A stretch of 24,000 nucleotides of DNA from Clostridiales bacterium UBA1763. Lineage in GTDB: Bacteria; Bacillota; Clostridia; Oscillospirales; Oscillospiraceae. Below, piece after piece: positions 7,976 through 15,424 of this stretch; positions within the stretch are counted from its first letter, which is position 1, and every line of letters starts with the position of its first letter. Location: NCBI GenBank assembly GCA_002314685.1, contig DCHB01000065.1, positions 19,007 through 43,006 of the forward strand. The letters run 5' to 3'. The notes below the pieces were generated by a model, which had not been told where the DNA came from, did not search any database, and saw only the letters and a program-made list of their open reading frames with translations. The translations under genes were made by a program, and so were the position numbers.

Positions 7976-8452
7976 ATGGACGCAATAGTTGCAGTTTATT
8001 CCGATTGGGGCATTGGCTCGAGGGGCACTCAGCCCGTCGTGCTCAAGGCCGACCGCGCGCAGTTTAAGCGCGTTACAGACGGCAAAACCGTCATAGTCGG
8101 CAGACGCACCCTCGGCGATTTTCCGAACGGCAAGCCGCTTAAAAACCGCCGCAACATTGTTGTAACGAGGCAGAACATTTCAATCGAGGGTGCCGAGGTT
8201 GCGCACTCGGTTGAGGAGGCTGTCGCACTCTGCGGAGAGGATGAAGGCATCGTAATCGGCGGCGCGACCGTTTACCGCGATTTCTTCCCCCTGCTTGACC
8301 GCGTTTTTGTAACAAAAATTGAGCTTTGCCCCGAGTCCGACAGATATTTCCCCGACCTCGACAGCCTTGAGGATTGGTGTCTTACCGACGCGGGCGAGGC
8401 TATGACGGAGGACGGCATTGAATACCGCTTTGCCGTTTACGAAAGGAAGTAA
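7976..8452 (+). CDS. folA: Dihydrofolate reductase
   Basis: MDAIVAV..WGIG, VIVGRRT, NRRNIVVTR and IGGATVY are DHFR motifs. I prefer the ATG at 7976 (GAGGTG at 7966-7971). It lies immediately downstream of thyA. Confidence 0.85.
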   Translation: MDAIVAVYSDWGIGSRGTQPVVLKADRAQFKRVTDGKTVIVGRRTLGDFPNGKPLKNRRNIVVTRQNISIEGAEVAHSVEEAVALCGEDEGIVIGGATVYRDFFPLLDRVFVTKIELCPESDRYFPDLDSLEDWCLTDAGEAMTEDGIEYRFAVYERK

Positions 8453-8456
8453 GGCG

Positions 8457-9044
8457 ATGAAAAAGGCAATATGCTTTGCGCTTGCTTTGTGCTCCTGCCT
8501 GCTTGTCGGCTGTAACAAGGACGATGCCGAGGATGCAAAGCAGGTTGAGACCGTTGTGCTCGCAAAAAGTGCCTGCTACGAGATTTCCATGCTCAACGAC
8601 GACGACGGCACAAAGTACAGCTACACCGTTCTGACGCAGGACGGAGAGACGCTCGAGAGTGCTCTATGCGCTAAAAAGCCCGAGGTCAAGCCGCTTAACG
8701 ATGACCTCATCGGCATCCGCTTCTACACCTCGTCGAGCACCTTCTGCCGCTACTACGACGTTAAAAACGGGCGGGTTTCCGACTCGTATTTCGGCGCCTT
8801 CTGGGATAACGGCACACTGCTTGCATACAACGACTACGAAAGCTCATCAAAGCTTGTCGTGCGCGACATTTTCGACGCTGACGGCTATTATGCGGAGTAC
8901 GAAATAGACAGCGACGCAATGGAGCTTATAGTCAAATCCGCCGAAGAAAATGAGGACAGCACCGAGCTTTGCGTAACCTACACCCTCGGTGAAAGCGGCT
9001 GGGAGCAAACAGCCCGAATCCCGCTTGTTGAAAACGAAGAATAA
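8457..9044 (+). CDS. Hypothetical lipoprotein
   Basis: The signal peptide MKKAICFALALCSCLLVGC carries an L-V-G-C lipobox. I prefer the ATG at 8457 over the ORF-track start at 8418, which overlaps folA. I recognise no family. Confidence 0.7.
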   Translation: MKKAICFALALCSCLLVGCNKDDAEDAKQVETVVLAKSACYEISMLNDDDGTKYSYTVLTQDGETLESALCAKKPEVKPLNDDLIGIRFYTSSSTFCRYYDVKNGRVSDSYFGAFWDNGTLLAYNDYESSSKLVVRDIFDADGYYAEYEIDSDAMELIVKSAEENEDSTELCVTYTLGESGWEQTARIPLVENEE

Positions 9045-9053
9045 ATTTTTCCA

Positions 9054-9083
9054 TTGACATATTCCAAATAATATGCGTATAAT
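9054..9083 (+). promoter_or_regulatory. Near-consensus sigma-A promoter of the AT-rich islet
   Basis: TTGACA (9054-9059), an 18-nt spacer, then TATAAT (9078-9083). The predicted transcription start is near 9090. Confidence 0.6.
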
Positions 9084-9089
9084 AAACAC

Positions 9090-9256
9090 GAGGGATGTTT
9101 TATCCTGCCTTTGAAGCAGAGGCTTTGTTGGAAAGTGTCTGTGGAGGCTCTTACAGGGTTGTGTGGTTTCCTGGCGCCAACTTAGGCTTATGCCGAAAAT
9201 AAAAACACTCGATTTTAACGACTAATCGCCTCGTCTTCTATGTCGGGGCGATTTTT
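9090..9256 (+). ncRNA. Unclassified ~165-nt promoter-to-terminator transcript (candidate sRNA, cis-regulatory leader or RNA antitoxin)
   Basis: It is bounded by the promoter above and the terminator at 9225-9256. It contains local hairpins (for example GGGAT/ATCCT at 9092-9106) and a thrice-repeated AGGCT(T/C) (9120, 9145, 9184). I recognise no known riboswitch consensus. Confidence 0.45.
9225..9256 (+). terminator. Intrinsic terminator 22 nt upstream of the orphan ORF
   Basis: ATCGCCTCG (9225-9233) pairs with CGGGGCGAT (9244-9252), giving 9 bp including one G.U. The loop is 10 nt and the T-run is 9252-9256. Confidence 0.7.
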
Positions 9257-9277
9257 CGGTTTATGTGAGACAGATAT

Positions 9278-9829
9278 ATGAAAGCAATAGGAAGAACTAT
9301 CGAAATATTTGAATATTTACGAAAAAAGAAGTTCGTAATATCCATTGAAGACGGTACTCAAATTTACCTTTCGTTTTTTCCTGAGCACTATCACCATTTG
9401 GTGGGCTATCAGCATTTAACCGACCTTTCCGATATTTGTAATCCTCAGAACAAGCAAAAATTCTACAATGATGTAAAAAAACATCGAATTAGTAATGAAT
9501 ATGTTGAAAGCAGTGTAAAGTATTCGGAGATTGAAGAGCGTGTCGAAAGCTTTGACTCGATTTTAGATATTCTTTCCCCCGGAGAGGGCAAAATAATAGT
9601 AGAGTTTGATAAAACTAAACTAAATTCAAGTATTATTGCAAAATTTTATCTATACAAAAGGGTCGGAAATTCACTGTTAGGCGAACCTGTCTTCTACAAC
9701 ATTCTTTTTTTGGGCTACAATGAAACAAAGCGGGCTTATTACCCCGCAACCTATATAGTAGAACATTCAACCAGATACATAGTAAATCAAAAGCTTTTAG
9801 ACTGCACTATAACCGTTCTTGATAAATAA
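9278..9829 (+). CDS. Orphan hypothetical protein, 183 aa, AT-rich (candidate toxin/nuclease-like effector)
   Basis: This is the only long ORF in the islet. Hand-counted 60-nt samples are about 20-30% G+C, against about 55-65% in neighbouring genes. The segment IYLSFFPEHYHHLVGYQHL is reminiscent (from memory only) of BECR-fold phage nuclease domains. The RBS is weak. Confidence 0.6.
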   Translation: MKAIGRTIEIFEYLRKKKFVISIEDGTQIYLSFFPEHYHHLVGYQHLTDLSDICNPQNKQKFYNDVKKHRISNEYVESSVKYSEIEERVESFDSILDILSPGEGKIIVEFDKTKLNSSIIAKFYLYKRVGNSLLGEPVFYNILFLGYNETKRAYYPATYIVEHSTRYIVNQKLLDCTITVLDK

Positions 9830-9834
9830 ACAGG

Positions 9835-9866
9835 AAAACCACTGATTTTTCAATCGGTGGTTTTTT
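9835..9866 (+). terminator. Rho-independent terminator of the orphan ORF
   Basis: AAAACCACTGATT (9835-9847) pairs with AATCGGTGGTTTT (9852-9864). The T-run extends to 9866. Confidence 0.8.
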
Positions 9867-9867
9867 C

Positions 9868-9950
9868 AATTTCGGTTAAACGCTTTATCTAATCTATTTT
9901 GCCGATTCCCGACCGGTGTGATGAGTGATGAGTGATGAGTGATGAGTGAA
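9868..9950 (+). repeat. Short S module (9868-9917) plus 4x GTGATGA heptamers (9918-9945, inverted tail)
   Basis: AATTTCGGTTAAACGCTTTATCTAATC..CCCGACCGGTG matches the other S copies. Four perfect GTGATGA copies follow. Confidence 0.85.
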
Positions 9951-9974
9951 TAGTTTTTCTTAAACATCAAACTT

Positions 9975-10053
9975 CCTCACTCTTAGTTCATCACTCATAG
10001 TTCTTCACTCGCAAAGCGGGCTCATTTCGCTTGCGCTCCATTCACCCCTACGG
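9975..10053 (+). repeat. R unit left half (tail, GCAAAGCGGGCTCATT, core CATTCACCCCTACGG)
   Basis: 9998-10053 aligns with 19785-19835 and with the units at 20429-21046. The core 15-mer is at 10039-10053. Confidence 0.85.
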
Positions 10054-10290
10054 GTGCAGACTAAGACAAAAAAACCGTGCAAGTTTGCACCGCGGTAGCC
10101 TGTAAAGATGTGCGTGGCTGAAGTGAATAGAAAACCGCCGCAGGTGCATCGGGGGAATACCAAGTAAAGACTTTGCGGCGGAAATAGTGTGCTCAGGGGA
10201 TTCCAAAGGGTTCTCCCTTTGGTCGCGTTTCTTTTGCAACTTTTCTTTGGCGAACACAAAGAAAAGTCGAAGAAATTACAGCTGCAGTAA
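10054..10290 (-). repeat. X element copy 2 (inverted relative to copy 1)
   Basis: Its reverse complement aligns end to end with 5200-5443. Hairpins lie at 10240-10266, 10203-10222 and 10077-10090, and an A-run at 10068-10074 gives a T-run on the minus strand. Confidence 0.8.
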
Positions 10291-10320
10291 ATTCAGCAAA
10301 GAAATTTCCGCTTTCTTAAA

Positions 10321-10464
10321 CGTTCTTCACTCGTTTTGCGGGCTCATTTCGCTATCGCTCCATTCACCCCTACGGGCGTTGGATTAAGTCTGTACCGTTC
10401 ACTCATCACTCATCACTCATCGTTCTTCACTCAACTATTCACTCATCACTCATCGTTCTTCACT
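10321..10464 (+). repeat. R unit with extended TCACTCA heptamer tails
   Basis: The core 15-mer is at 10361-10375, 3x TCACTCA lie at 10399-10419, and the tail CGTTCTTCACTC is repeated. Confidence 0.85.
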
Positions 10465-10501
10465 AAAAAACAGGTGTCACGAAATGTGACACCTGTTTTT
10501 T
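10465..10501. terminator. Bidirectional hairpin terminator (serves the minus-strand PPIase gene)
   Basis: CAGGTGTCAC (10471-10480) pairs with GTGACACCTG (10486-10495). It is flanked by an A-run (10465-10470) and a T-run (10496-10501). Confidence 0.85.
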
Positions 10502-10506
10502 ATTTA

Positions 10507-11637
10507 TCACTTTGCCGAGTACTCTGTCCACGGGGTGAAGTGGAAGCCGTCGTCATCGAAGAACTGCGTGAAATCGAAGCTCTGATAGCTGAGGCTGAAT
10601 TTTGCGTAGCTGTTTATATCCCACGAATCCATGCTGCTGTCAAATTCCTCGGATGCCGCCATCTGACCGAGGGTGTAGCCGTAGGAGTTTGAAATGTCAA
10701 CATCGCTGTAAACGGTGGGCACGCGCATTATGATGTGGTAGCCGTAATCCGACTCGACAACATCGGAGACCTCGTAGTTTTTGAGTGCCTGAGTGGTTGT
10801 GGTGTATTCCTCAACCATGGTGCCCTCGGTGAAGCAGTAGCCGTTGGGATAAGAGGTCTTGCCCGGGGCCTCGCTGTACTCATCCATAAGCTCGAAGAAG
10901 CGCTCACTGCGCTCGGTGTCATCCTCTATTGCCTGAAGCTCCTTGCAGAGCTTTTCAGCGTTTGCCTTCTTTGCGGCAAGCTCATCATCGGACAGCTCCT
11001 CCTGAGTTGTGTTGCCGTCCTCGTCCTCAACGGTCTCATAGTTGAGGAACAGGATGTGTGCGCTGGTCATATATCCGTTGTTCTCGATATACTTGTTCAG
11101 AACCTCATCGCTTACCTTTTCGCCCGTCTCGCCGTAGGTCGCGGTGAACATATTGTTGAGAATGTAGTTTATCTGGCTGAGGGATTTGAAGGTTGCGAGA
11201 GTCAGACCCTGCTCGTTGAGAGCCTCTGCAAACGCGGCATCGGGATCGTCGCTTTCGCTGTAATTTTCCTTAATAGACTCTATGTTCGAGTCGATTTCGG
11301 CGAGCTGTTCCTCGGTGGGGGATGCGTTCATTGCCTTGCCCTTGCTTACGATGAGGCAGCCCTGAGCCGCATTGAACAGAGCCTCCTGAATGCACCATTC
11401 GGCATTGGTTATGCTCTTATCGTAAATGCAGGCGCCGTCCCAATCAACAGCGGAGCCCGTGCTCGAGGAATAGTAGCTTTCAAGCGTTGATGATGCCGAG
11501 TAGAGATAGTACATAAATTCATCCCATGAGACGTTTACTCCTTCAACGCTCATGACGGCATCCTTATCCGTGCTGCAGCCTGCAAGACAGCCGAGGCACA
11601 GTACGAGTGCGAGTATTACCGCGACAGTTTTTTTCAT
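10507..11637 (-). CDS. PrsA-like lipoprotein peptidylprolyl isomerase (parvulin/PpiC domain)
   Basis: The signal peptide MKKTVAVILALVLCLGCLAGC has a lipobox. The C-terminal parvulin signature is VVESDYGYHIIMRV. I prefer the ATG at 11637 (GGAGA, 8 nt spacer) over the ORF-track start at 11673. It lies downstream of mfd, as in many Clostridia. Confidence 0.8.
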   Translation of the reverse strand: MKKTVAVILALVLCLGCLAGCSTDKDAVMSVEGVNVSWDEFMYYLYSASSTLESYYSSSTGSAVDWDGACIYDKSITNAEWCIQEALFNAAQGCLIVSKGKAMNASPTEEQLAEIDSNIESIKENYSESDDPDAAFAEALNEQGLTLATFKSLSQINYILNNMFTATYGETGEKVSDEVLNKYIENNGYMTSAHILFLNYETVEDEDGNTTQEELSDDELAAKKANAEKLCKELQAIEDDTERSERFFELMDEYSEAPGKTSYPNGYCFTEGTMVEEYTTTTQALKNYEVSDVVESDYGYHIIMRVPTVYSDVDISNSYGYTLGQMAASEEFDSSMDSWDINSYAKFSLSYQSFDFTQFFDDDGFHFTPWTEYSAK

Positions 11638-11724
11638 TGATTTTTTCTCCAATCTATTATCGGTTATAGACATTTTAATACTTTCCGTATGTTTCGTAAA
11701 GTGAATTTTTTATAAATTTTCGGC

Positions 11725-14700
11725 TTATTCCGCCCAGGCGGCTACAAAGCGTCTCGCCTCGTCAACACTGCGCATTTTCGACTGTATTTTTACGCTCACG
11801 CAGGGCTTTGCGCCCGCCTCAACCTTTAGCTTACCCTTATACTCGGGCTTTGCATACAGTCTCGACACCTTTTCCATATCGAAATTCTCAAGCGTGAAGC
11901 GCAGAGTGCCGTTTTTCTGCTCAATATCGCTGATGCCTGCTCTGCCTGCCTCACCTCGCAGAAGTGCGACATGGATAAGCGCGTTTACGGAGCTCGGAGG
12001 ATCGCCGAAGCGGTCTATAATCTCGTCGGTCAGATCGTCCGCCTCCTCCTCTGTGCGAATGAGGGCAATGCGGCGGTAAATGTCCATGCGCTGTTCGGCT
12101 GAGGCTATGTAATTTTCGGGAATATTCGCGCTGACTGCAAGGTCTGCCGAGCAATCCGCACGGTGCTCAACCGCGATACCGCGCTCGGTTAAAACCGCCT
12201 CGTTTAACAGCTTCATATACATATCGTAGCCGACATCTATCATGTGTCCCGACTGCTCTGCGCCGAGAAGATTTCCCGCACCGCGTATCTCGAGGTCACG
12301 CATTGCAATCTTGAAGCCCGAGCCGAATTCCGCAAACTCACGAATTGCCGTGAGCCTCTTTTCCGCAATCTCGGTCAGCACCTTGTCCTGCCTGAAGGTC
12401 AGATACGCCGAGGCACGGCGCGTTGAGCGTCCTACTCTGCCGCGAATCTGATGCAGCTGTGCAAGCCCCATTTTGTCCGCGTCCTCGATTATGAGCGTGT
12501 TGACATTCGGAATGTCGATGCCCGTTTCTATTATCGTCGTGCAGACAAGCACCTGCACCTTACCCGCGGCGACCTCCTCCATGACCGAGGCAAGCTGTTC
12601 CTTGTCCATCTGTCCGTGAGCAACGCCGACTGTTATCTCTCCGCCGAGCATATCGCGTATTTTAACCGCGGTGCGCTCTATATTGTCAATGCGGTTGTGC
12701 AGATAATACACCTGCCCGCCGCGCTGAATTTCACGGCTTATTGCGTCCGTGAGGACCGACCAGTCGTGCTCCATTACGAAGGTCTGCACGGGCAGTCTGT
12801 CCTGCGGGGGCTCGTCAATCGACGACATATCGCGTATGCCCGACAGTGCCATGTTGAGCGTTCTCGGAATGGGTGTTGCCGACAGCGTGAGCACGTCAAC
12901 TCCGCGTGACATCTCCTTTATGTGCTCCTTGTGGGAAACTCCGAAGCGCTGCTCCTCATCGACTATCAAAAGCCCTAAATTCTTGAATTTTACGTCCTTC
13001 TGCAAAAGCCTGTGCGTGCCTATAACGAGGTCGCATTTGCCCGTGCGAAGGTCCTCGAGCGTCTTATTTATCTGTGCTGTTGTCTTGAAGCGGCTTAACA
13101 CTCCGACCTCTACGGGAAAGCCGAAAAATCGCTGTACCGCCGTCTGATAGTGCTGTTGAGCAAGCACGGTTGTCGGCACTAATATCGCCGCCTGCTTATT
13201 GTCTAAAATGCACTTCATGACGGCGCGCAGTGCGACCTCTGTTTTGCCGTAGCCGACATCACCGCACAGCAGTCTGTCCATGGGCACGCTCGACTGCATA
13301 TCCGCCTTTATCTCGCTCACGCATCTTAACTGGTCGTCAGTCTCCGTGTAGCCGAAATTATCCTCAAACTCAGTCTGCCATGCGCTGTCCTCGGAGAAGG
13401 CGTAGCCCGGCACTCTCGCACGCTCTGCGTACAGCTCAATGAGCTCCTTTGCGAGCTTTTTTGTTGCCGCCTTTGCGCGACTGCGGGTTTTTGTCCACTC
13501 CGCACCGCCCATTTTCGACAGCTTTACCTTTGCATCCTCGCCCGCACCGAGATATTTCGTCACCATATCAAGCTGTGTTGCGGGTACATACAGGCTGTCG
13601 GTGCCCGCGTAGCAGATTTTTATATAGTCCTTCTCGAAGCCGTCAACCTTCATCTTGTGGATGCCCGCAAAGCGTCCTATACCGTGCACCTCATGCACAA
13701 CATAGTCGCCCGCGGAAAGGTCCGCGTAGGAGTTTATTCTCTGCTGATTTGTCGGCGCCTTTTTGCTTCTCTTGTCCCTATGCTCACGCACTCGGATGAG
13801 CTGACTGTCGCTTATTACGGCAAGCTTTACGGCGGGATATTCCATGCCCGCGGACATAGCTCCGATGCTTATAAAGCACTCGCCGCACTCGGGCATCTTT
13901 TCGAGCCTTTCAAAAAGTCTCGCCTTAATGCCGTTATCCTTAAAATATCTCTGCAATACATCTGCACGCCGCATATCACCCGCAAGCACAACAACGCGGC
14001 TTCCGTTTTTAAGATACACCGACACATCCTCTGCGGCGGTTTTGACAGAGCCCGCATAGCTCGGAAGCTGCTTTGCGGCAATCGAGCACAGGGTTTTCGG
14101 CTCAAGCGGGTAACGCCCCACAGTGAAGGCATCCGCCATATAGACGGGGAAATCCGAAAGCCTGCGCATAAGCTCGTCAAACGGCAGATAAAACGACTGC
14201 GCCGTCAGTGCAAGCATACCCTTTTTCATGAGGGCGGATATATCCTCGGAAAGCTGCTTTGTATATCCTTTCGCTCTGTCTGCACAGCGCGGCGGCTGGT
14301 CGAAAAACACGAGACTCTCCGTCGGTATGTAATCTACTCCGTATGCGCTTTCATACAGCACGGGCAGATACCTGTCGAGGTCCTCAAGCTTTATTCCGTT
14401 TTCTATTTTCTCGCAGTCCGAGCAAAGCGTTTCATGCAGGGCACTAAGCTGTGCCGAGGCAGATTTCCTGCCGCATTTCTGCGCCATTGCTTTAAGTCTT
14501 TCGCACACACCGACTGCGCCGCCGTCTGCAAGCGATACAAGCGACTCCGCCGCAGGCAGAATACAGCACTCGGCTATTGCCTCGGTGCGTCGCTGAGTGC
14601 GCACATCGAAAAAGCCCATTGAATCGACATCGTCACCCCAGAACTCAATTCTGACGGGCTGGGCGTAAATCGGCGAGAAGAAATCGAGTATTCCTCCGCG

Positions 14701-15225
14701 GCGTGCATACTGACCGACACCCTCGACCTGCTCGGTGCGCTCATAGCCGCACATAATAAGCTTTTTTTCAAGCTCCTCGAGCGGACATTCGCCGCCGTCC
14801 TTAATTCTGAAGCCCGCTTTTTTGAGTCTGTCGGGCGGTACAGTGCGCTGAAGGAGTGCGGAGACCGTTGACACGGTGACGGGTGCATTCTCGCCGCACA
14901 GCGCATTTAAGACATTTATACGCGCCTGTTCTGACTGACGCGAGGCGGCAAGCGTCGGATAGAAGGTAAAATCGCGCGAATACAGAAGCTCGGGCTTTAC
15001 GTCGGTCATTGCCTCAAAGTCACGCGCAAAGCTGTCCGCCGACGCCTCATCGGGGCAGATAACGAACAGCGGCATACCGAGCCTTTCATACAGTGCCGCG
15101 GCTAAATTTACCCTGTGCACCGATGACAAGCCGGAAATGAGCGCAGGAAGTCCTCCACTCTCCATAAGCTCGGGGAGGGTGGCTGCCTGCGGGTTTTCGA
15201 ATATTTGCCTGTTTAATAATTTCAT
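11725..15225 (-). CDS. mfd: Transcription-repair coupling factor Mfd
   Basis: The product is ~1166 aa with a CarD-like domain (GDYVVHEVHGIGRF) and superfamily-2 helicase motifs (GDVGYGKTEVA, DEEQRFG, QLHQIRGRVGRS). I prefer the ATG at 15225 (GAGGA RBS). Confidence 0.9.
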   Translation of the reverse strand: MKLLNRQIFENPQAATLPELMESGGLPALISGLSSVHRVNLAAALYERLGMPLFVICPDEASADSFARDFEAMTDVKPELLYSRDFTFYPTLAASRQSEQARINVLNALCGENAPVTVSTVSALLQRTVPPDRLKKAGFRIKDGGECPLEELEKKLIMCGYERTEQVEGVGQYARRGGILDFFSPIYAQPVRIEFWGDDVDSMGFFDVRTQRRTEAIAECCILPAAESLVSLADGGAVGVCERLKAMAQKCGRKSASAQLSALHETLCSDCEKIENGIKLEDLDRYLPVLYESAYGVDYIPTESLVFFDQPPRCADRAKGYTKQLSEDISALMKKGMLALTAQSFYLPFDELMRRLSDFPVYMADAFTVGRYPLEPKTLCSIAAKQLPSYAGSVKTAAEDVSVYLKNGSRVVVLAGDMRRADVLQRYFKDNGIKARLFERLEKMPECGECFISIGAMSAGMEYPAVKLAVISDSQLIRVREHRDKRSKKAPTNQQRINSYADLSAGDYVVHEVHGIGRFAGIHKMKVDGFEKDYIKICYAGTDSLYVPATQLDMVTKYLGAGEDAKVKLSKMGGAEWTKTRSRAKAATKKLAKELIELYAERARVPGYAFSEDSAWQTEFEDNFGYTETDDQLRCVSEIKADMQSSVPMDRLLCGDVGYGKTEVALRAVMKCILDNKQAAILVPTTVLAQQHYQTAVQRFFGFPVEVGVLSRFKTTAQINKTLEDLRTGKCDLVIGTHRLLQKDVKFKNLGLLIVDEEQRFGVSHKEHIKEMSRGVDVLTLSATPIPRTLNMALSGIRDMSSIDEPPQDRLPVQTFVMEHDWSVLTDAISREIQRGGQVYYLHNRIDNIERTAVKIRDMLGGEITVGVAHGQMDKEQLASVMEEVAAGKVQVLVCTTIIETGIDIPNVNTLIIEDADKMGLAQLHQIRGRVGRSTRRASAYLTFRQDKVLTEIAEKRLTAIREFAEFGSGFKIAMRDLEIRGAGNLLGAEQSGHMIDVGYDMYMKLLNEAVLTERGIAVEHRADCSADLAVSANIPENYIASAEQRMDIYRRIALIRTEEEADDLTDEIIDRFGDPPSSVNALIHVALLRGEAGRAGISDIEQKNGTLRFTLENFDMEKVSRLYAKPEYKGKLKVEAGAKPCVSVKIQSKMRSVDEARRFVAAWAE

Positions 15226-15340
15226 GGTTTTTCCTCGGTATTTGATTATACCTTTTTTGTTTTCATACTGCAAGAAGCGTTTTTTGATAAAAATGTCGAA
15301 AAAGCGCAAAATTATATACTATATTTAATATATATATCTA

Positions 15341-15369
15341 TTGCAAGTTGCGGATATTTTTGCTATAAT
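15341..15369 (+). promoter_or_regulatory. Sigma-A promoter for dnaA
   Basis: TTGCAA (15341-15346), a 17-nt spacer, then an extended -10 TGcTATAAT (15361-15369). Confidence 0.55.
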
Positions 15370-15424
15370 GAGTTAGTTAATCAAGATGGGGAAAATTTGC
15401 TTTTATACAGGAGTGCTTAAATAT

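Noticed and set aside
7964-9044. ORF-track N-terminal extensions (folA from GTG 7964, lipoprotein from 8418). The same issue affects mfd from 15309, dnaA from 15386 and the PPIase from 11673.
   Set aside because: In each case an internal ATG has a properly spaced Shine-Dalgarno sequence and gives the expected N-terminus (a signal peptide or the conserved family start). The extensions overlap upstream genes or promoters.
9090-9224. ToxI-like tandem direct repeats in the short transcript
   Set aside because: I looked for tandem units of 30-45 nt and found none. Only a dispersed AGGCT(T/C) hexamer occurs three times, at irregular spacing. The type III TA analogy therefore rests on architecture only.
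10735-11490. A 251-aa ORF on the + strand
   Set aside because: It is antisense to the PrsA-like PPIase gene, which has a signal peptide, a lipobox and a parvulin motif. It is a shadow ORF.
13657-14622. A 321-aa ORF on the + strand (and other + ORFs at 12451..13147 and 13449..13799)
   Set aside because: They are antisense shadow ORFs inside the well-supported mfd gene. They have an Arg/Cys/His-rich, low-information composition and no RBS.
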